Positions 54,303 through 64,000 of a DNA stretch of 64,000 nt are shown here, in pieces. Both the position numbers and the translations under genes were made by a program. Each line of letters opens with the position of its first letter. Within the stretch, counting starts at the first letter, position 1. The notes below the pieces were generated by a model, which saw nothing but the letters and a program-made list of their open reading frames with translations, was not told the DNA's origin and made no database searches. The DNA comes from Alphaproteobacteria bacterium (lineage in GTDB: Bacteria > Pseudomonadota > Alphaproteobacteria > MPNO01): positions 3,488,001 to 3,552,000 of the forward strand of contig OZ219866.1 in the NCBI GenBank assembly GCA_964291675.2, written 5' to 3'.

Positions 54303-56882
54303 CTACCAGCGCAGACCCCCGCGCAGGGTGACGGCGTGGTGGGTGGCGCCGTGGGCGGTGCGGCTGCGGGCGGCCTCCAGGCCGATATGCGCCGCCGTCG
54401 CGAGCTCGAATCGCCCGCCGAGGCTCACCCGCCGGGCGCCCGCCCCGGCGAGCGAGAGCCCGGCATAGGGGGTGAGCAGGCCGGCGCCGCCGGGGCCGGC
54501 GATGCCGTAGGCGATGCGCGCGCGCAGCCGTCCGGCGGCGCGGCTTGGGGCGGCGGCGGGGACGATTCCGGCCTCCCACAGTTGCCGCGCGCCGCTCGCC
54601 GTCCGGCCCCAGCCCGGCGCGACGCCGATGGCGAGCCCGCGCCCCGCCGCGCCGGGGTCGAAGCTGAGCGAGCCGCCCACGCCCCACTCCTCGTGGTCGC
54701 CGCCATGGACCAGCAGGGTGCGGCCGCGCAGCTCGGCGGCGAGCCCCGATGCCGGGTCGGCGTAGCGCATCCCGCCCCCGGCCTCGACGCCGCCGCCGGT
54801 CTCGCCGTCGCCGCCGTCGCTGCGCAGGCCGATCTCGACCGACGGGGTGAACGACGCCCCCGAGGCGAGACGCTGGGCGTGGCTGCCCTCGATGGCGAGC
54901 CGCAGCCGGCTGGCGTCGAGCGTCGCGCTCGCGAGCGCCCCCGACCCGTCGAGCTCGGCCCTGGTGTAGGCGGCCTCGCCCTTGAGCCTGATGCTGGTGG
55001 TGCCGCCCTCCGACAGCCTGGTGCTGGCGAGCAGCTTCCCGCTCGCGCCCGCCGCCGCCATCTGCTGCGTCAAATCGCCGGTCTCCGCCCCCGCCGGGCC
55101 GTCGAGCTCGACCTCGCCCCAGCCATGGCCGGCGGCGGCCCAGAGGCTCAGCCCGCCGGCCGAGTGCCAGCCGGCATAGGGGGCGATGCCGGTCACCGTG
55201 GCCGTGAGCTCGCCGGCCGCCGCGCCGTCGCGGTAGTCGGCCGCGCCGCGCGCCCGGCCGACCGCCACGCCGGCCAGCAGCCCCCCGCCCAGCCTGGCGT
55301 CGAGCCCGAGACGGGCGCCGGTCACGTCGCCGTCGTAGCGCACGCTGCGCCGGCTTCCGCCGGAGAGCTCGCGGTAGTCGCCGCTGCCCCAGAGCGTGAG
55401 CTTGCCGAGCGGCCCGCCCTCGCCGCCCGCAAGCGGCAGGGCGAAGGACGAGCCGGGCAGCAGGCGCCCGGGATCGAAGCCGCCCGCCTCCAGCGCGCCG
55501 CGGTTGGCCAGCAGCGCGCCCGTCAGCGTGGACGCGCCGCCGATCCGCGCCTCCGCGCCCGGCGCGGCGCCCGGGCCCGCCTGCTCCATGCGCGCCGATA
55601 TCGCATCCACCGTGCCCGCGGTCATCGCCCGCATGATTTGCGGCAGCACGGCCGCGACCGCCCGGTTCGCATCGGCGCCCGCCGGCGGCGGCGGCGTCGT
55701 GCCGGTGCCGGGGCTGCCGTAGAAGCCCGAGGCGACGATGAAATCGAGCGGGCGCGCGACCCCGCCGGGTCCCGCGACCGTGCCGGTGAACTCGCGGGCA
55801 TAGCCGGTCTTGGGGATGTCGGCGCTGTCGCTGTCGTCGGCGGGATCGTCGAAGTGATACTCGACGAATCCGCCGTCGGGGCCGCTCTTGGCCGCCGCCA
55901 GGACCCGCGGCAGGATGAACTCGCCGGTCACCGCGTCGCGCACCGTCGGCCGCAGCGGCCGGTACTCGAACCGGTCCGGCTGGGTCGCGTGGAACAGGAT
56001 GATGTCGTTGGCGGTGTCCAGCACGTAGAGATAGACCGAGCCGTGCCGCCACGGCCCGTTCGGATCGCGCAGCGCGATGCGGGCCCGCGACGCGGCGGCG
56101 GCATCGCCGCTCCGCTGGATCTCGAGAAACCAGTTGCCGGCCTGGGTGACGAACGCCTTCAGGGTCTCGCGGTCCACCACGTCGCGCGCGGTGACGCTGG
56201 GCGCGCCGTGGTCGATCGCCTCCGGGGCCAGGTGGGATGCCGCGAGGTCGAACCCGGCGAGCAGCACGATCGGCGCCCGGAACTCGGGCGAGACATAGAC
56301 GCTGGCGTAGCCCGACGCGCCGGGGGCGATGGCGGTCGCGTCGAACGCGGCGTCGGGCTCCGCCGACAGCGTCGCCATGAGCGTCGCCAAGGCGCCGTCG
56401 CGCGCGGCGGGATCGGGCGAGGCGAGGCCGGCCAGAGCGGCCCGGGGGACGCCGAGCGCGGCGAGGATCTCGCCATAGACGAGCGGGTTCAACAGCCCGC
56501 CCGAGAGCGCCATGTCCTTCGCGTGGATGAACACGCGGCCGTCCGGCGTCAGGCTCACCAGATAGGTCGAGCCCGACCGCCAGATGCCGTCCTCCTGGCG
56601 GATCAGGCAGGCGATATAGAGCCCCTGCTCGGTGGTCGTCGCCTGCCGCGCATGCTCGCGCGACCGCTCCCGCGCGGCGAGCGTGAAGTCTTTGAGCGCG
56701 CCGGTGCCGCTCTCCACCTCCGCCGCCGTGACCTCCGGCGGTTCGACGGCGGTGGCGCCGGCGGGGCGGGGGCAGGCCTCCTGCGCCGCCGCGGGGCGGG
56801 GGAGGGCGAGGACGGCGGCGAGGGCGAGCAGGGAGGCGAGGAAAAGCGTGGATGCGCGGGGCGGCGGTGTTGCGGGATTCAT
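54303..56882 (-). CDS. Autotransporter (type Va) with tandem Cache-like passenger domains
   Basis: Signal peptide ending AAA-QE; two repeats of VTAx(E/D)V...LKxF...GxWRxGSxYL...FxH/LFH; C-terminal amphipathic beta-barrel ending LRW. Confidence 0.72.
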   Translation of the reverse strand: MNPATPPPRASTLFLASLLALAAVLALPRPAAAQEACPRPAGATAVEPPEVTAAEVESGTGALKDFTLAARERSREHARQATTTEQGLYIACLIRQEDGIWRSGSTYLVSLTPDGRVFIHAKDMALSGGLLNPLVYGEILAALGVPRAALAGLASPDPAARDGALATLMATLSAEPDAAFDATAIAPGASGYASVYVSPEFRAPIVLLAGFDLAASHLAPEAIDHGAPSVTARDVVDRETLKAFVTQAGNWFLEIQRSGDAAAASRARIALRDPNGPWRHGSVYLYVLDTANDIILFHATQPDRFEYRPLRPTVRDAVTGEFILPRVLAAAKSGPDGGFVEYHFDDPADDSDSADIPKTGYAREFTGTVAGPGGVARPLDFIVASGFYGSPGTGTTPPPPAGADANRAVAAVLPQIMRAMTAGTVDAISARMEQAGPGAAPGAEARIGGASTLTGALLANRGALEAGGFDPGRLLPGSSFALPLAGGEGGPLGKLTLWGSGDYRELSGGSRRSVRYDGDVTGARLGLDARLGGGLLAGVAVGRARGAADYRDGAAAGELTATVTGIAPYAGWHSAGGLSLWAAAGHGWGEVELDGPAGAETGDLTQQMAAAGASGKLLASTRLSEGGTTSIRLKGEAAYTRAELDGSGALASATLDASRLRLAIEGSHAQRLASGASFTPSVEIGLRSDGGDGETGGGVEAGGGMRYADPASGLAAELRGRTLLVHGGDHEEWGVGGSLSFDPGAAGRGLAIGVAPGWGRTASGARQLWEAGIVPAAAPSRAAGRLRARIAYGIAGPGGAGLLTPYAGLSLAGAGARRVSLGGRFELATAAHIGLEAARSRTAHGATHHAVTLRGGLRW

Positions 56883-57037
56883 GCTACCTCCCGGGGAACA
56901 GCGGCAGCGCGGGCGCCGCGGGGAGCGCGGCGTCGACGGTCTCTTGTCACTGTAACAAAATCGTGAGGTCGGAGGCCGAATCGGGTCGCCCGACGGGCCG
57001 CGCGGCGGGGGGAGGCGGTCTCCTCCGTCATGGTCGG

Positions 57038-60000
57038 CTACAGCGCGATCTCCGCGTCCGGGTGGCCGGCGGCCAGCGCGTTCATCCAGGCGAGGCAGAG
57101 CTCGCGGGAGCGGTAGGTGCCGTAGGCGGCGGTTTCCTCGCGCTCGACGATGGGAAACGTGGAATAGACGTAGCGCACGTCGTCCCGGTCGGTGACGCCG
57201 TAGACATGGAAGAACACCGCGTCCAGCTTGGCGCGCAGAAACAGGCGCCGCTCCTCGTCCCACGCGAAGGGCGGCAGGACCTCGCCGTCCTCATCGACAT
57301 ACCCCATGTCGCGGGCGAAGGGGGCCATGTCATGGGCCGTGTAAGTCAATTCCAGCACTGCCTCGCCGACGATTTCACGGACGGCCTTCGGTCCGAAGCG
57401 CTCGGCCTCGTACCGAACGGGAGGGACAACGGGAAGTTGCTCGACGATGAACCAGTTGAGGTGCTGGCCTTGAATTTTCCGGCGCGCGACGTAGTCGAAT
57501 GGCACAGCGTTGAAATTGGCGAGAAGGAGTGCGGTGTGGGCCTCCCGCTCTCCATCTGTCGATACAATGGGCAGTGTGTTCCCTGCGCCGGAACCTGGTA
57601 TCAGGGCAGCGATCATGGATCGTACATTCGTCGGCGCGGTAACGTCTTTGAACCCGAGCAAATACGGGGCCGTCGGGAACGCCGTCTCGCTTCGCAGAAC
57701 CCAATACTGCGGGTCAGGTAGCCACTCTGGATCGCGGTGCTCATCGAGCGTGGCCGGCTCGGGCTGAGCCGGGCGGTGCTGATTTTCCAGGTTGACGACA
57801 ACGCTGGCAGCACGATGATCGAAAGCCTGCACCATCTTGCCTTCGTAGAGCGGCACCCATTCGCCGGCCGGGCTGCCGAAGCGGTTTCCGCCCGTCGGCC
57901 AAGCGCGTTCCCGCTCCTCAAGGTCCGCGCGCGTGCGGAACCGCCCGGAGTCGTTGGTCATGTGGAACATCGTCGCGTATTTCACCGGCCACGACCTCGC
58001 CTCTTCGCCCGACGAGCGGTTCACCAGCACCGGCAGGCGCTGGTAAATCGCCGTGGTCAGTGCCGCGTCGCGGCGGGTCCGGAAGATGGGCGCGGTGCCC
58101 GTGTTCGGGTTGACGCGCGCGAAGGCCTCCGCCGTCAACGGGAAGCAGCGTTCTGCGTCGTCAAGCTCGGCAACATCCTGAACGAAGAACGCGCACCGCG
58201 CGGCGTCGGGGACCCGGGACGGGCTGGCGACGAAGGCGCAAAACTTGAAACGGCTGTCCACGTCGGGGAAGAAGGGCGGAGCGTCGTAGCGCGTGCGCCG
58301 GTTCTCGAAATCGTACAGCGCCTTCAGCCGGCCTTCGGTCGCGATGCCCTTGAAGAAGCGCGCCGCCGTCTTGTCCGACGCGATGCCCGACGGCGTGAGG
58401 AGACCGACCATGCCGTCGGGCTTCGCCAGCGCCATCGCACGCTCGACAAAGAGCGAGTAAAGGTTCACGTCGCCGGAAGAAAGTAGCGGATAGTCGCCGC
58501 CCTTTCGCGCAATGCGGGCGGCCATCGCGGCCCGTTCGCTCGCCACCGCATAGTCCTGCGCCAGCGGGTCGTCTTCCTGCTGGAGCGCCGCGATCAAGCG
58601 CCTTCGGTCGGCGGCGCGCGGCTGAAGCGCAATCTCGCGTCGGCGCGTGGCGAACCATTCGACCTGTTGCAGCTTCATCCGGTCCCAGGGCGGGTTGCCG
58701 ATCACAGCATCGAAACCGCCTTGTGGATTCAGGCTCTGCCAATTCGTCCAGACGCCGGGAAAGGCGGTCTGCCAGTTGAAAAAGCGCTCCTCCCGGACGA
58801 GGCGCTGCGCTTGTCTCAGCAGTTCGACGAAACGCGCACTCTCCGCCGGCTCCATCGAGATCTCGGCCCTGGCCAGCGCGATCTCTATGGGGTCGCCGAA
58901 GAGACCGCCGAAGAAGGATTGCAGCGCGGTCGTGCTTTCCCGGTCCCGCACGTTAAGCCAGTCGATCGCGTGCACCAGGGAGAGGACGGCGTTGAGCGGC
59001 TCGGTGGCCGCCTCCACCTCGGCGAACGCTTCGGCCGAGCGATGCGCCTCCGCGATCTCCGCGTCGGTCAGGTCTTCGATCCGTTGCATCGAGCCCGCGG
59101 ACCGCTCGGCCCGGGTGACGGGGCCGTGCAGCAGAAGCGGGCCGCCATACCGGGCGGCCTTGTCGATCCCGGCCCGCGCCGATGCGCCGAACAGGCTGTC
59201 GCCACAGCGGAGGTGGTGGTCGAGAAAGCTGAGCGGCGCGCCTACCGTGAAGGTGTGCAGCCAGAGAGCAACCTTCGCGAGCTCCACCGCCATCGGGTTC
59301 TTGTCGACGCCGTAGACGCAGCGCTTGAGCACCATGCGCCGGACGATGTGGCGGTCGTCGAGCCGGTCGAGATCGACGGTCCAGCCGCGTTCCGCCGCGT
59401 TTGCCGCGATCCTCTCGCGGATCGCCTCGATGCGGTCCGCGAGCGGCGAGACGTAGCCTTCCACCTCGACTTCCGCTTCGGCCATGGCCGCGATCACCTG
59501 GTCGGCGAGATAGTCCACCAGATTGACCAGGAAGTGACCCGACCCCATGGCCGGGTCGCAGACCTTCAGCTCGAGCAGCCTCTCGGCCGGGTCGTGTCGT
59601 GCCAGGCGAGCGATCGCCCTCTCTCGCGCCGGGCTTGCTTCGGGGACACGTCCGGCTTCCGCCACGAAGGCGTCCATACGCGCTTGCACCAGCGGCCCGA
59701 GCGTCTCCTCCACGATCAGGCCGACCAGATCGTCCGGCGTGTAGTAGCTGCCGGAGCCCTTGCGGGCGAAGATATTGGGGCGGACGGCTATCCCGTCGCC
59801 GTCCTGGACAAGCTCGTGTTCCAGCAGGCGCTCGTAGATCGAGCCGAGCTGGCGCACGCCGAGGTCGCGGTAGTTGATGTAGCGGCGGCCCGCCTCGCCT
59901 TGCTCGAAGGAGAGGGCGTCGATGATATCCGCCATCACGCGGTCGCCGAGCCGAATGCGGTCGAGGAGCGGCACCCGCGTCCGGTCGAACAGACCCCCGT

Positions 60001-61114
60001 TGTACGGGGGCAGCCCGATCGAGGCGTCGCCCCGGTCGACGGCGCGGCAGAGATCGTCGACCGCCGACCAGTAACGCGCCGCGGTCTCGGAGAACACGTC
60101 CCCGAGGTCCTTGCGGCGGCCGACATCGCCGCGCACCCGGTCGCGTAGCGCGTAGTCGTCATAGCGCTCATCGCGGACCGGCAGCAGGTCGCGATCCTCC
60201 GCATAGAGGATGAACAGCAGCCGGTAGAGGAGGATCAGGGCCGCCTCGCGGACCTCGGCCAGGGGCGCCTCCGGCGCGGCAGCCGAGATCGCGCGGGCGA
60301 GCCCGGGGAATACCTGCTCGAAGACGAGTCTCGACAGGTTGTCCGCGACGCGCTCTTCGTAGTACCGGCCTTCCTCGATCGCGCGCCGATGGAAGGTGCG
60401 TTCGTCTGCCGCGCCGGGCAGGAAGGCATCGCGCCCGAAGACCAGCGCGAAGAGCTTGAGGCCGTGGCGCCGTTCCGCCTCGTCGAGCGCGAACAGGCCG
60501 TCGTTGTGGCCGGGAAGGTTCAGGATCGCCGCGAGGTCGATCTCAAAGAACTGTTCGGAGACCGACCGCGCGCCCTGATAATAGAGCCGCCATACGGCGC
60601 CGTTGGTGAGGATGCCCCAGCGGAGGCGGCCCGCGGTCAGATCGTCGATGCGCCGCAAATAACGGAGAACCTGCGTCGAGGGCGCCGTCTCCTCGCCGGC
60701 TCTTCCCGAGCGCCGGTCGAGCGGGCGCTGCCAGCGCTTCGATTCCACGACCGCCAGACCCAACTCGTAACGCATCCACTCCCGGGCGAAACGGTTCGCC
60801 TGATCCTTTGCCCGGTCGTCCGCGAACAGCAGGCCGTCCGGCACGTCCTCGCGGCCGGCCGCGCTCAGGTTTTGCTGCCGCGAGCTCGCCGACCAGCCGA
60901 GCGTTGCGAGGACGGGCCAGATCAGGTCGTCTTCGGTCTGGCTCTCGTTTGGGGACCCGTGGAACGGGAAACGCTCGAAGACCGCCCGCAGCCCGGCTTC
61001 GAGTTGGTCGAGCGCAGCGTCATCGATCGCCTGCCAGTCCGCCGTCCCGGCAACCGTGTCGCACAGGAAGTCGTTGGCGAAGAGGCTTCCCTGGAATGCA
61101 GCGTCGATGCTCAT
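57038..61114 (-). CDS. Single-chain type IIG/IIL-like restriction-modification enzyme (nuclease + N6-adenine MTase + specificity region)
   Basis: PDGLLF...VESKRW (PD-ExK), LGSIYE, GSYYTP, CDPAMGSGHFL (motif I), IGNPPW (motif IV). Confidence 0.85.
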   Translation of the reverse strand: MSIDAAFQGSLFANDFLCDTVAGTADWQAIDDAALDQLEAGLRAVFERFPFHGSPNESQTEDDLIWPVLATLGWSASSRQQNLSAAGREDVPDGLLFADDRAKDQANRFAREWMRYELGLAVVESKRWQRPLDRRSGRAGEETAPSTQVLRYLRRIDDLTAGRLRWGILTNGAVWRLYYQGARSVSEQFFEIDLAAILNLPGHNDGLFALDEAERRHGLKLFALVFGRDAFLPGAADERTFHRRAIEEGRYYEERVADNLSRLVFEQVFPGLARAISAAAPEAPLAEVREAALILLYRLLFILYAEDRDLLPVRDERYDDYALRDRVRGDVGRRKDLGDVFSETAARYWSAVDDLCRAVDRGDASIGLPPYNGGLFDRTRVPLLDRIRLGDRVMADIIDALSFEQGEAGRRYINYRDLGVRQLGSIYERLLEHELVQDGDGIAVRPNIFARKGSGSYYTPDDLVGLIVEETLGPLVQARMDAFVAEAGRVPEASPARERAIARLARHDPAERLLELKVCDPAMGSGHFLVNLVDYLADQVIAAMAEAEVEVEGYVSPLADRIEAIRERIAANAAERGWTVDLDRLDDRHIVRRMVLKRCVYGVDKNPMAVELAKVALWLHTFTVGAPLSFLDHHLRCGDSLFGASARAGIDKAARYGGPLLLHGPVTRAERSAGSMQRIEDLTDAEIAEAHRSAEAFAEVEAATEPLNAVLSLVHAIDWLNVRDRESTTALQSFFGGLFGDPIEIALARAEISMEPAESARFVELLRQAQRLVREERFFNWQTAFPGVWTNWQSLNPQGGFDAVIGNPPWDRMKLQQVEWFATRRREIALQPRAADRRRLIAALQQEDDPLAQDYAVASERAAMAARIARKGGDYPLLSSGDVNLYSLFVERAMALAKPDGMVGLLTPSGIASDKTAARFFKGIATEGRLKALYDFENRRTRYDAPPFFPDVDSRFKFCAFVASPSRVPDAARCAFFVQDVAELDDAERCFPLTAEAFARVNPNTGTAPIFRTRRDAALTTAIYQRLPVLVNRSSGEEARSWPVKYATMFHMTNDSGRFRTRADLEERERAWPTGGNRFGSPAGEWVPLYEGKMVQAFDHRAASVVVNLENQHRPAQPEPATLDEHRDPEWLPDPQYWVLRSETAFPTAPYLLGFKDVTAPTNVRSMIAALIPGSGAGNTLPIVSTDGEREAHTALLLANFNAVPFDYVARRKIQGQHLNWFIVEQLPVVPPVRYEAERFGPKAVREIVGEAVLELTYTAHDMAPFARDMGYVDEDGEVLPPFAWDEERRLFLRAKLDAVFFHVYGVTDRDDVRYVYSTFPIVEREETAAYGTYRSRELCLAWMNALAAGHPDAEIAL

Positions 61115-61208
61115 GCCTCAATGGTCTGCCATCGGCCAGATGCTTCAGCGTGACGGCATAAGCCTTCTTCGGCTTGAAGAGGTCAACAGGGGCCGGCCCT
61201 CCCCGGCC

Positions 61209-61517
61209 CGTCATGCCTGGCCCGCAGATCAAGTCCGAGGGTGATCCGGGCATCCATGGGCGGTGCATGGAGGGCCGGGTGCGGCCCGCCCCATCGCCGT
61301 CCCTCCGGCCTGATCGCGGTGCGTGCGGAGCGGCCGCATGGATGGCCGGATCAAGTCCGGCCATGACGAGAGGAGGTGTCGGTGCTAGCCCTACAACGTC
61401 ATGGCCGGCCCCCGGATCAAGTCCGGGGGTAATCCGGCCATCCATGCAGCCTCCCCGCCCGCGAGGCGGCGCGTCGGGAGGGGGCGGCGCCCGTGGGTGT
61501 CCGGAACAAGCCCGCCC
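61209..61517. repeat. Cluster of family A REP-like palindromes between the RM gene and hicB
   Basis: Copies at about 61209, 61339, 61397 and 61494. Confidence 0.8.
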
Positions 61518-61538
61518 ACAAGGAAGGAGGCCGCCCGC

Positions 61539-61970
61539 TCAGGCGGCCACCCTCACCGTCACCCGCTTCCCCAACTGCCGCAGCGCGCGGTCGATGGCCG
61601 CGGCCCTGGTGCCGTGGTCCGGGTTCAGCATGCGGCGGACCTCGCTCTCGGCGATACCGAGCTCGCGGGCGAGGCGGCGCTGCGAGATGCCGGCCTCGCG
61701 CCAGGCCTCGTAGAGCGCCGCCTTGAGGGCGATCTGCAGAGGCGGGACGATCAGGGGGCGCGGCTTGCCCGCGCGCGAAGGCTGGGGCAGGGCCTCGCCC
61801 GCGCGGATCGTGGCCGCGATCAGCTCGCGCAGCAGGTCCCCGGCCTCTTCCAGCGCCTCGCCACGCGTCGCGCCGTCGGTCGCGCCCCAGCCGAAATCGG
61901 GGAACGAGACGACATGGCGGCCGTCCTCGTCGCGTTCGAGCTCGGCGGGGTAGGCGTAAGTGTCCGGCAT
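61539..61970 (-). CDS. hicB: HicB antitoxin with C-terminal HTH
   Basis: YAYPAEL...VSFPDFG.GATDGAT..EAL; ISQRRLARELG HTH. Confidence 0.88.
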   Translation of the reverse strand: MPDTYAYPAELERDEDGRHVVSFPDFGWGATDGATRGEALEEAGDLLRELIAATIRAGEALPQPSRAGKPRPLIVPPLQIALKAALYEAWREAGISQRRLARELGIAESEVRRMLNPDHGTRAAAIDRALRQLGKRVTVRVAA

Positions 61971-61984
61971 CGGTTCGGCCCCCG

Positions 61985-62197
61985 TCAGAAGTCTTCTCTA
62001 TCGATCCCGAGGTCGGTGAGCATCTTGGCGAGCAGTCCCTTGCCGATCTCCTTCCTGCGGTCCTTGACGGTCGTCTTGCGATCGCCCGCATAAGGCGTCC
62101 CGTGCGAACCGGGGCCTTCGGAAGCCATGAAGCGAACCTCCAGATTCCGGCCCCTCGCCCATCTGCGAACCCGGACGATAAACTCCCGACCGTTCAT
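61985..62197 (-). CDS. hicA: HicA mRNA interferase toxin
   Basis: 70 aa basic protein with GSH motif and EIGKGLL..ML.DLGI; upstream of hicB. Confidence 0.8.
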   Translation of the reverse strand: MNGREFIVRVRRWARGRNLEVRFMASEGPGSHGTPYAGDRKTTVKDRRKEIGKGLLAKMLTDLGIDREDF

Positions 62198-62296
62198 GCC
62201 GCCTTACCGTGCGCCGGCGCCGGTGCTCGCCTGACTATAGATGCGTACATTTGTGAGCGCAATAGGCGAGTCCCATGCCTCCCTTTCCTTCCCCCG

Positions 62297-62346
62297 CGTC
62301 ATATCGACCGGAGCCATCCGAAGGACGGTGGAGCGGAGAAATGACG
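62297..62346. repeat. Possible third REP-like palindrome family copy
   Basis: GTCATATCGACCGGAGCCATCCGAAGGACGGTGGAGCGGAGAAATGAC; single copy in the window. Confidence 0.35.
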
Positions 62347-62382
62347 GGTTGGGTTGGGGTGGGCCCAATCCCCCCTTGCCCC

Positions 62383-62412
62383 TGGCATCTGGTGTGTGGT
62401 ATGCCATATACA
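62383..62412 (+). promoter_or_regulatory. Putative GntR/FadR operator
   Basis: TGGTATGCCA near-palindrome at 62397-62406 inside TGGCAT...ATGCCA, just upstream of the gntR gene. Confidence 0.45.
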
Positions 62413-62434
62413 ACACATTCGACCGGGACCCAGG

Positions 62435-63154
62435 ATGGCCGACACGGGCACCATCGCCGGCGCGGTGACGCTGGAGAGGGTGGGGCGGAGTTTCAGCCTC
62501 ACCGACCACGTCTATGGCGAGCTGCGCCAGGCGATCCTCGATGCGCGGATCTACGACGCGGCGACCGACCTCCGGCTCGACGAGCGCTCGCTCGCCGGCC
62601 AGCTCGGCATCTCCCGCACCCCCGTGCGCGAGGCCGTCGCCCGGCTCGCCCAGGAGGGGCTGGTCGAGGTGGTGCCGCGGAAGGGCGTGTTCATCGTCCG
62701 CAAGACCCGGGGCGAGATCCTGGAGATGATCACCGTCTGGGCGGCGCTGGAGAGCATGGCGGCGAGGCGCGCGGCCGAGCTCGCGACCGACCGCGAGATC
62801 GCCGCGCTCGACCGCCTCGCCGGCGAGTACGAGGGCGGGGACGCGCGCGCCCATGTGGATGCCTATGCCGAGGCCAATATGCGCTTCCACCAGGCGATCC
62901 TGGAGGCCGGGCACTGCGCCATGCTGGGGGACATCGCCGACGGGCTGTTCGTCCATGTCCGGGCGGTCAGGAGCCGCGCCATGCACGAGGCCGACCGCGC
63001 GGTCCGCTCGGTCGCCGACCACCGCGCCATCGTGGACGCGATCGCGCTCCGCGACCCCGGGCTCGCCGGCGAGCGCGTGCTCGCCCACACGATGGGCCTG
63101 CACGACCATGTGAGCGCGCAATGGGACGAGTTCTTGGGCAGCGAAGGAGGCTGA
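62435..63154 (+). CDS. GntR family (FCD) transcriptional regulator
   Basis: LDERSLAGQLGISRTPVREA wHTH; RFH and DH FCD motifs. Confidence 0.9.
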   Translation: MADTGTIAGAVTLERVGRSFSLTDHVYGELRQAILDARIYDAATDLRLDERSLAGQLGISRTPVREAVARLAQEGLVEVVPRKGVFIVRKTRGEILEMITVWAALESMAARRAAELATDREIAALDRLAGEYEGGDARAHVDAYAEANMRFHQAILEAGHCAMLGDIADGLFVHVRAVRSRAMHEADRAVRSVADHRAIVDAIALRDPGLAGERVLAHTMGLHDHVSAQWDEFLGSEGG

Positions 63155-63155
63155 G

Positions 63156-64000
63156 GTGAGCACCGTGATCGACAAGCCGTCGGCGACGGCGCATGACACG
63201 CTGGCGGAGAAGAGCCGCGACGAGGGCATCGTCTCGGGCGGCCATCTGGTGGCGCGGGCGCTGAAGAACGAGGGGGTGGACACCATCTTCACCCTCTGCG
63301 GCGGGCATATCATCGACATCTACGACGGCTGCCTCGATGCCGGCATCCGCATCGTCGACGTGCGCCACGAGCAGACCGCGGCGCATGCCGCCGACGGCTA
63401 TGCGCGCCAGACCGGAAAACTCGGCTGCGTGGTGACCACGGCGGGGCCGGGCTGCACCAACGCGGTCACCGGCGTTGCCACCGCCTTCCGCTCCGAAAGC
63501 CCGATCCTCCATATCGGCGGGCAGAGCTCGCTCACCCAGCACCGCATGGGCTCGCTGCAGGATTTGCCGCATGTCGACATGATGGCGCCGATCACCAAGT
63601 TCGCCTCCGGCGTGTTCTCCACCGAGCGCGTGGCCGACATGGTGGCGATGGCCGCCCGCGAATGTTTCAGCGGCGCCTACGGCCCGGCCTATCTGGAGAT
63701 CCCGCGCGACATCCTGGACGCCGAGATCCCGCTGGAGCGCGCCCGCATCCCGGCGCCCGGCAGCTACCGGGTCTCGACCAGGGCGATCGGCGACCCGGCG
63801 GATATCGAGCGCCTGGCCGACATACTCGTGGCGTCCGAGCGCCCGGCCGTCCTGTTCGGCCAGCAGGTCTGGGCGAGCGGCGGCCACCGGGCGGCGACCG
63901 CCTTCGTGCGCGCGCTCGACATCCCGGCCTATATGAACGGGGCGAGCCGCGGCATGCTGCCCGAGGGCGATCCGCACCATTTCGACCGCACCCGGTCGGA
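63156..64000 (+). CDS. Thiamine diphosphate-dependent enzyme (acetolactate synthase/2-hydroxyacyl-CoA lyase/oxalyl-CoA decarboxylase-like), truncated by window end
   Basis: Frame absent from the ORF track, read manually: SGGHLVARALKNEGVDTIFTLCGGHI...VRHEQTAAHAADGYAR...TAGPGCTN. Confidence 0.88.
   Translation, partial: MSTVIDKPSATAHDTLAEKSRDEGIVSGGHLVARALKNEGVDTIFTLCGGHIIDIYDGCLDAGIRIVDVRHEQTAAHAADGYARQTGKLGCVVTTAGPGCTNAVTGVATAFRSESPILHIGGQSSLTQHRMGSLQDLPHVDMMAPITKFASGVFSTERVADMVAMAARECFSGAYGPAYLEIPRDILDAEIPLERARIPAPGSYRVSTRAIGDPADIERLADILVASERPAVLFGQQVWASGGHRAATAFVRALDIPAYMNGASRGMLPEGDPHHFDRTRS

Noticed and set aside
57038-61114. DISARM or BREX system
   Set aside because: No helicase, DUF1998, PglZ or BrxC-like genes adjacent; the enzyme has its own nuclease motif

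Overview
High-GC alphaproteobacterial chromosome segment (Rhodospirillales-like RpoD, DnaG, AapJQMP; lineage inferred). The core is greA <- -> yqeY-dnaG-rpoD plus a tRNA(CAT), probably Ile2. Around it lie many catabolic and uptake genes: two TRAP systems, two Rieske oxygenases (one frameshifted), a CoA transferase, UbiD, an amidase, two cyclases, a thiolase/DUF35-SDR/CoA-ligase cluster, a betaine-type ABC system and aapJQMP. Accessory content comprises three toxin-antitoxin modules (VapBC, HipBA-like, HicAB), a single-chain type IIG-like restriction-modification enzyme, a LysM protein with 44-aa tandem repeats, an autotransporter with tandem Cache-like passenger domains, and dense REP-like palindromes. 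The richest region is 39.7-44.0 kb, a REP cluster holding an IS256 and an intact IS110. The IS110 ends can be read from an AAACCG duplication. Its ~350-bp 5' non-coding region contains short segments matching its own donor junction and target site, making it a candidate bridge/guide RNA, possibly transcribed divergently. No CRISPR array, rRNA or integrase was seen. All calls come from reading motifs by eye; no database search was run.
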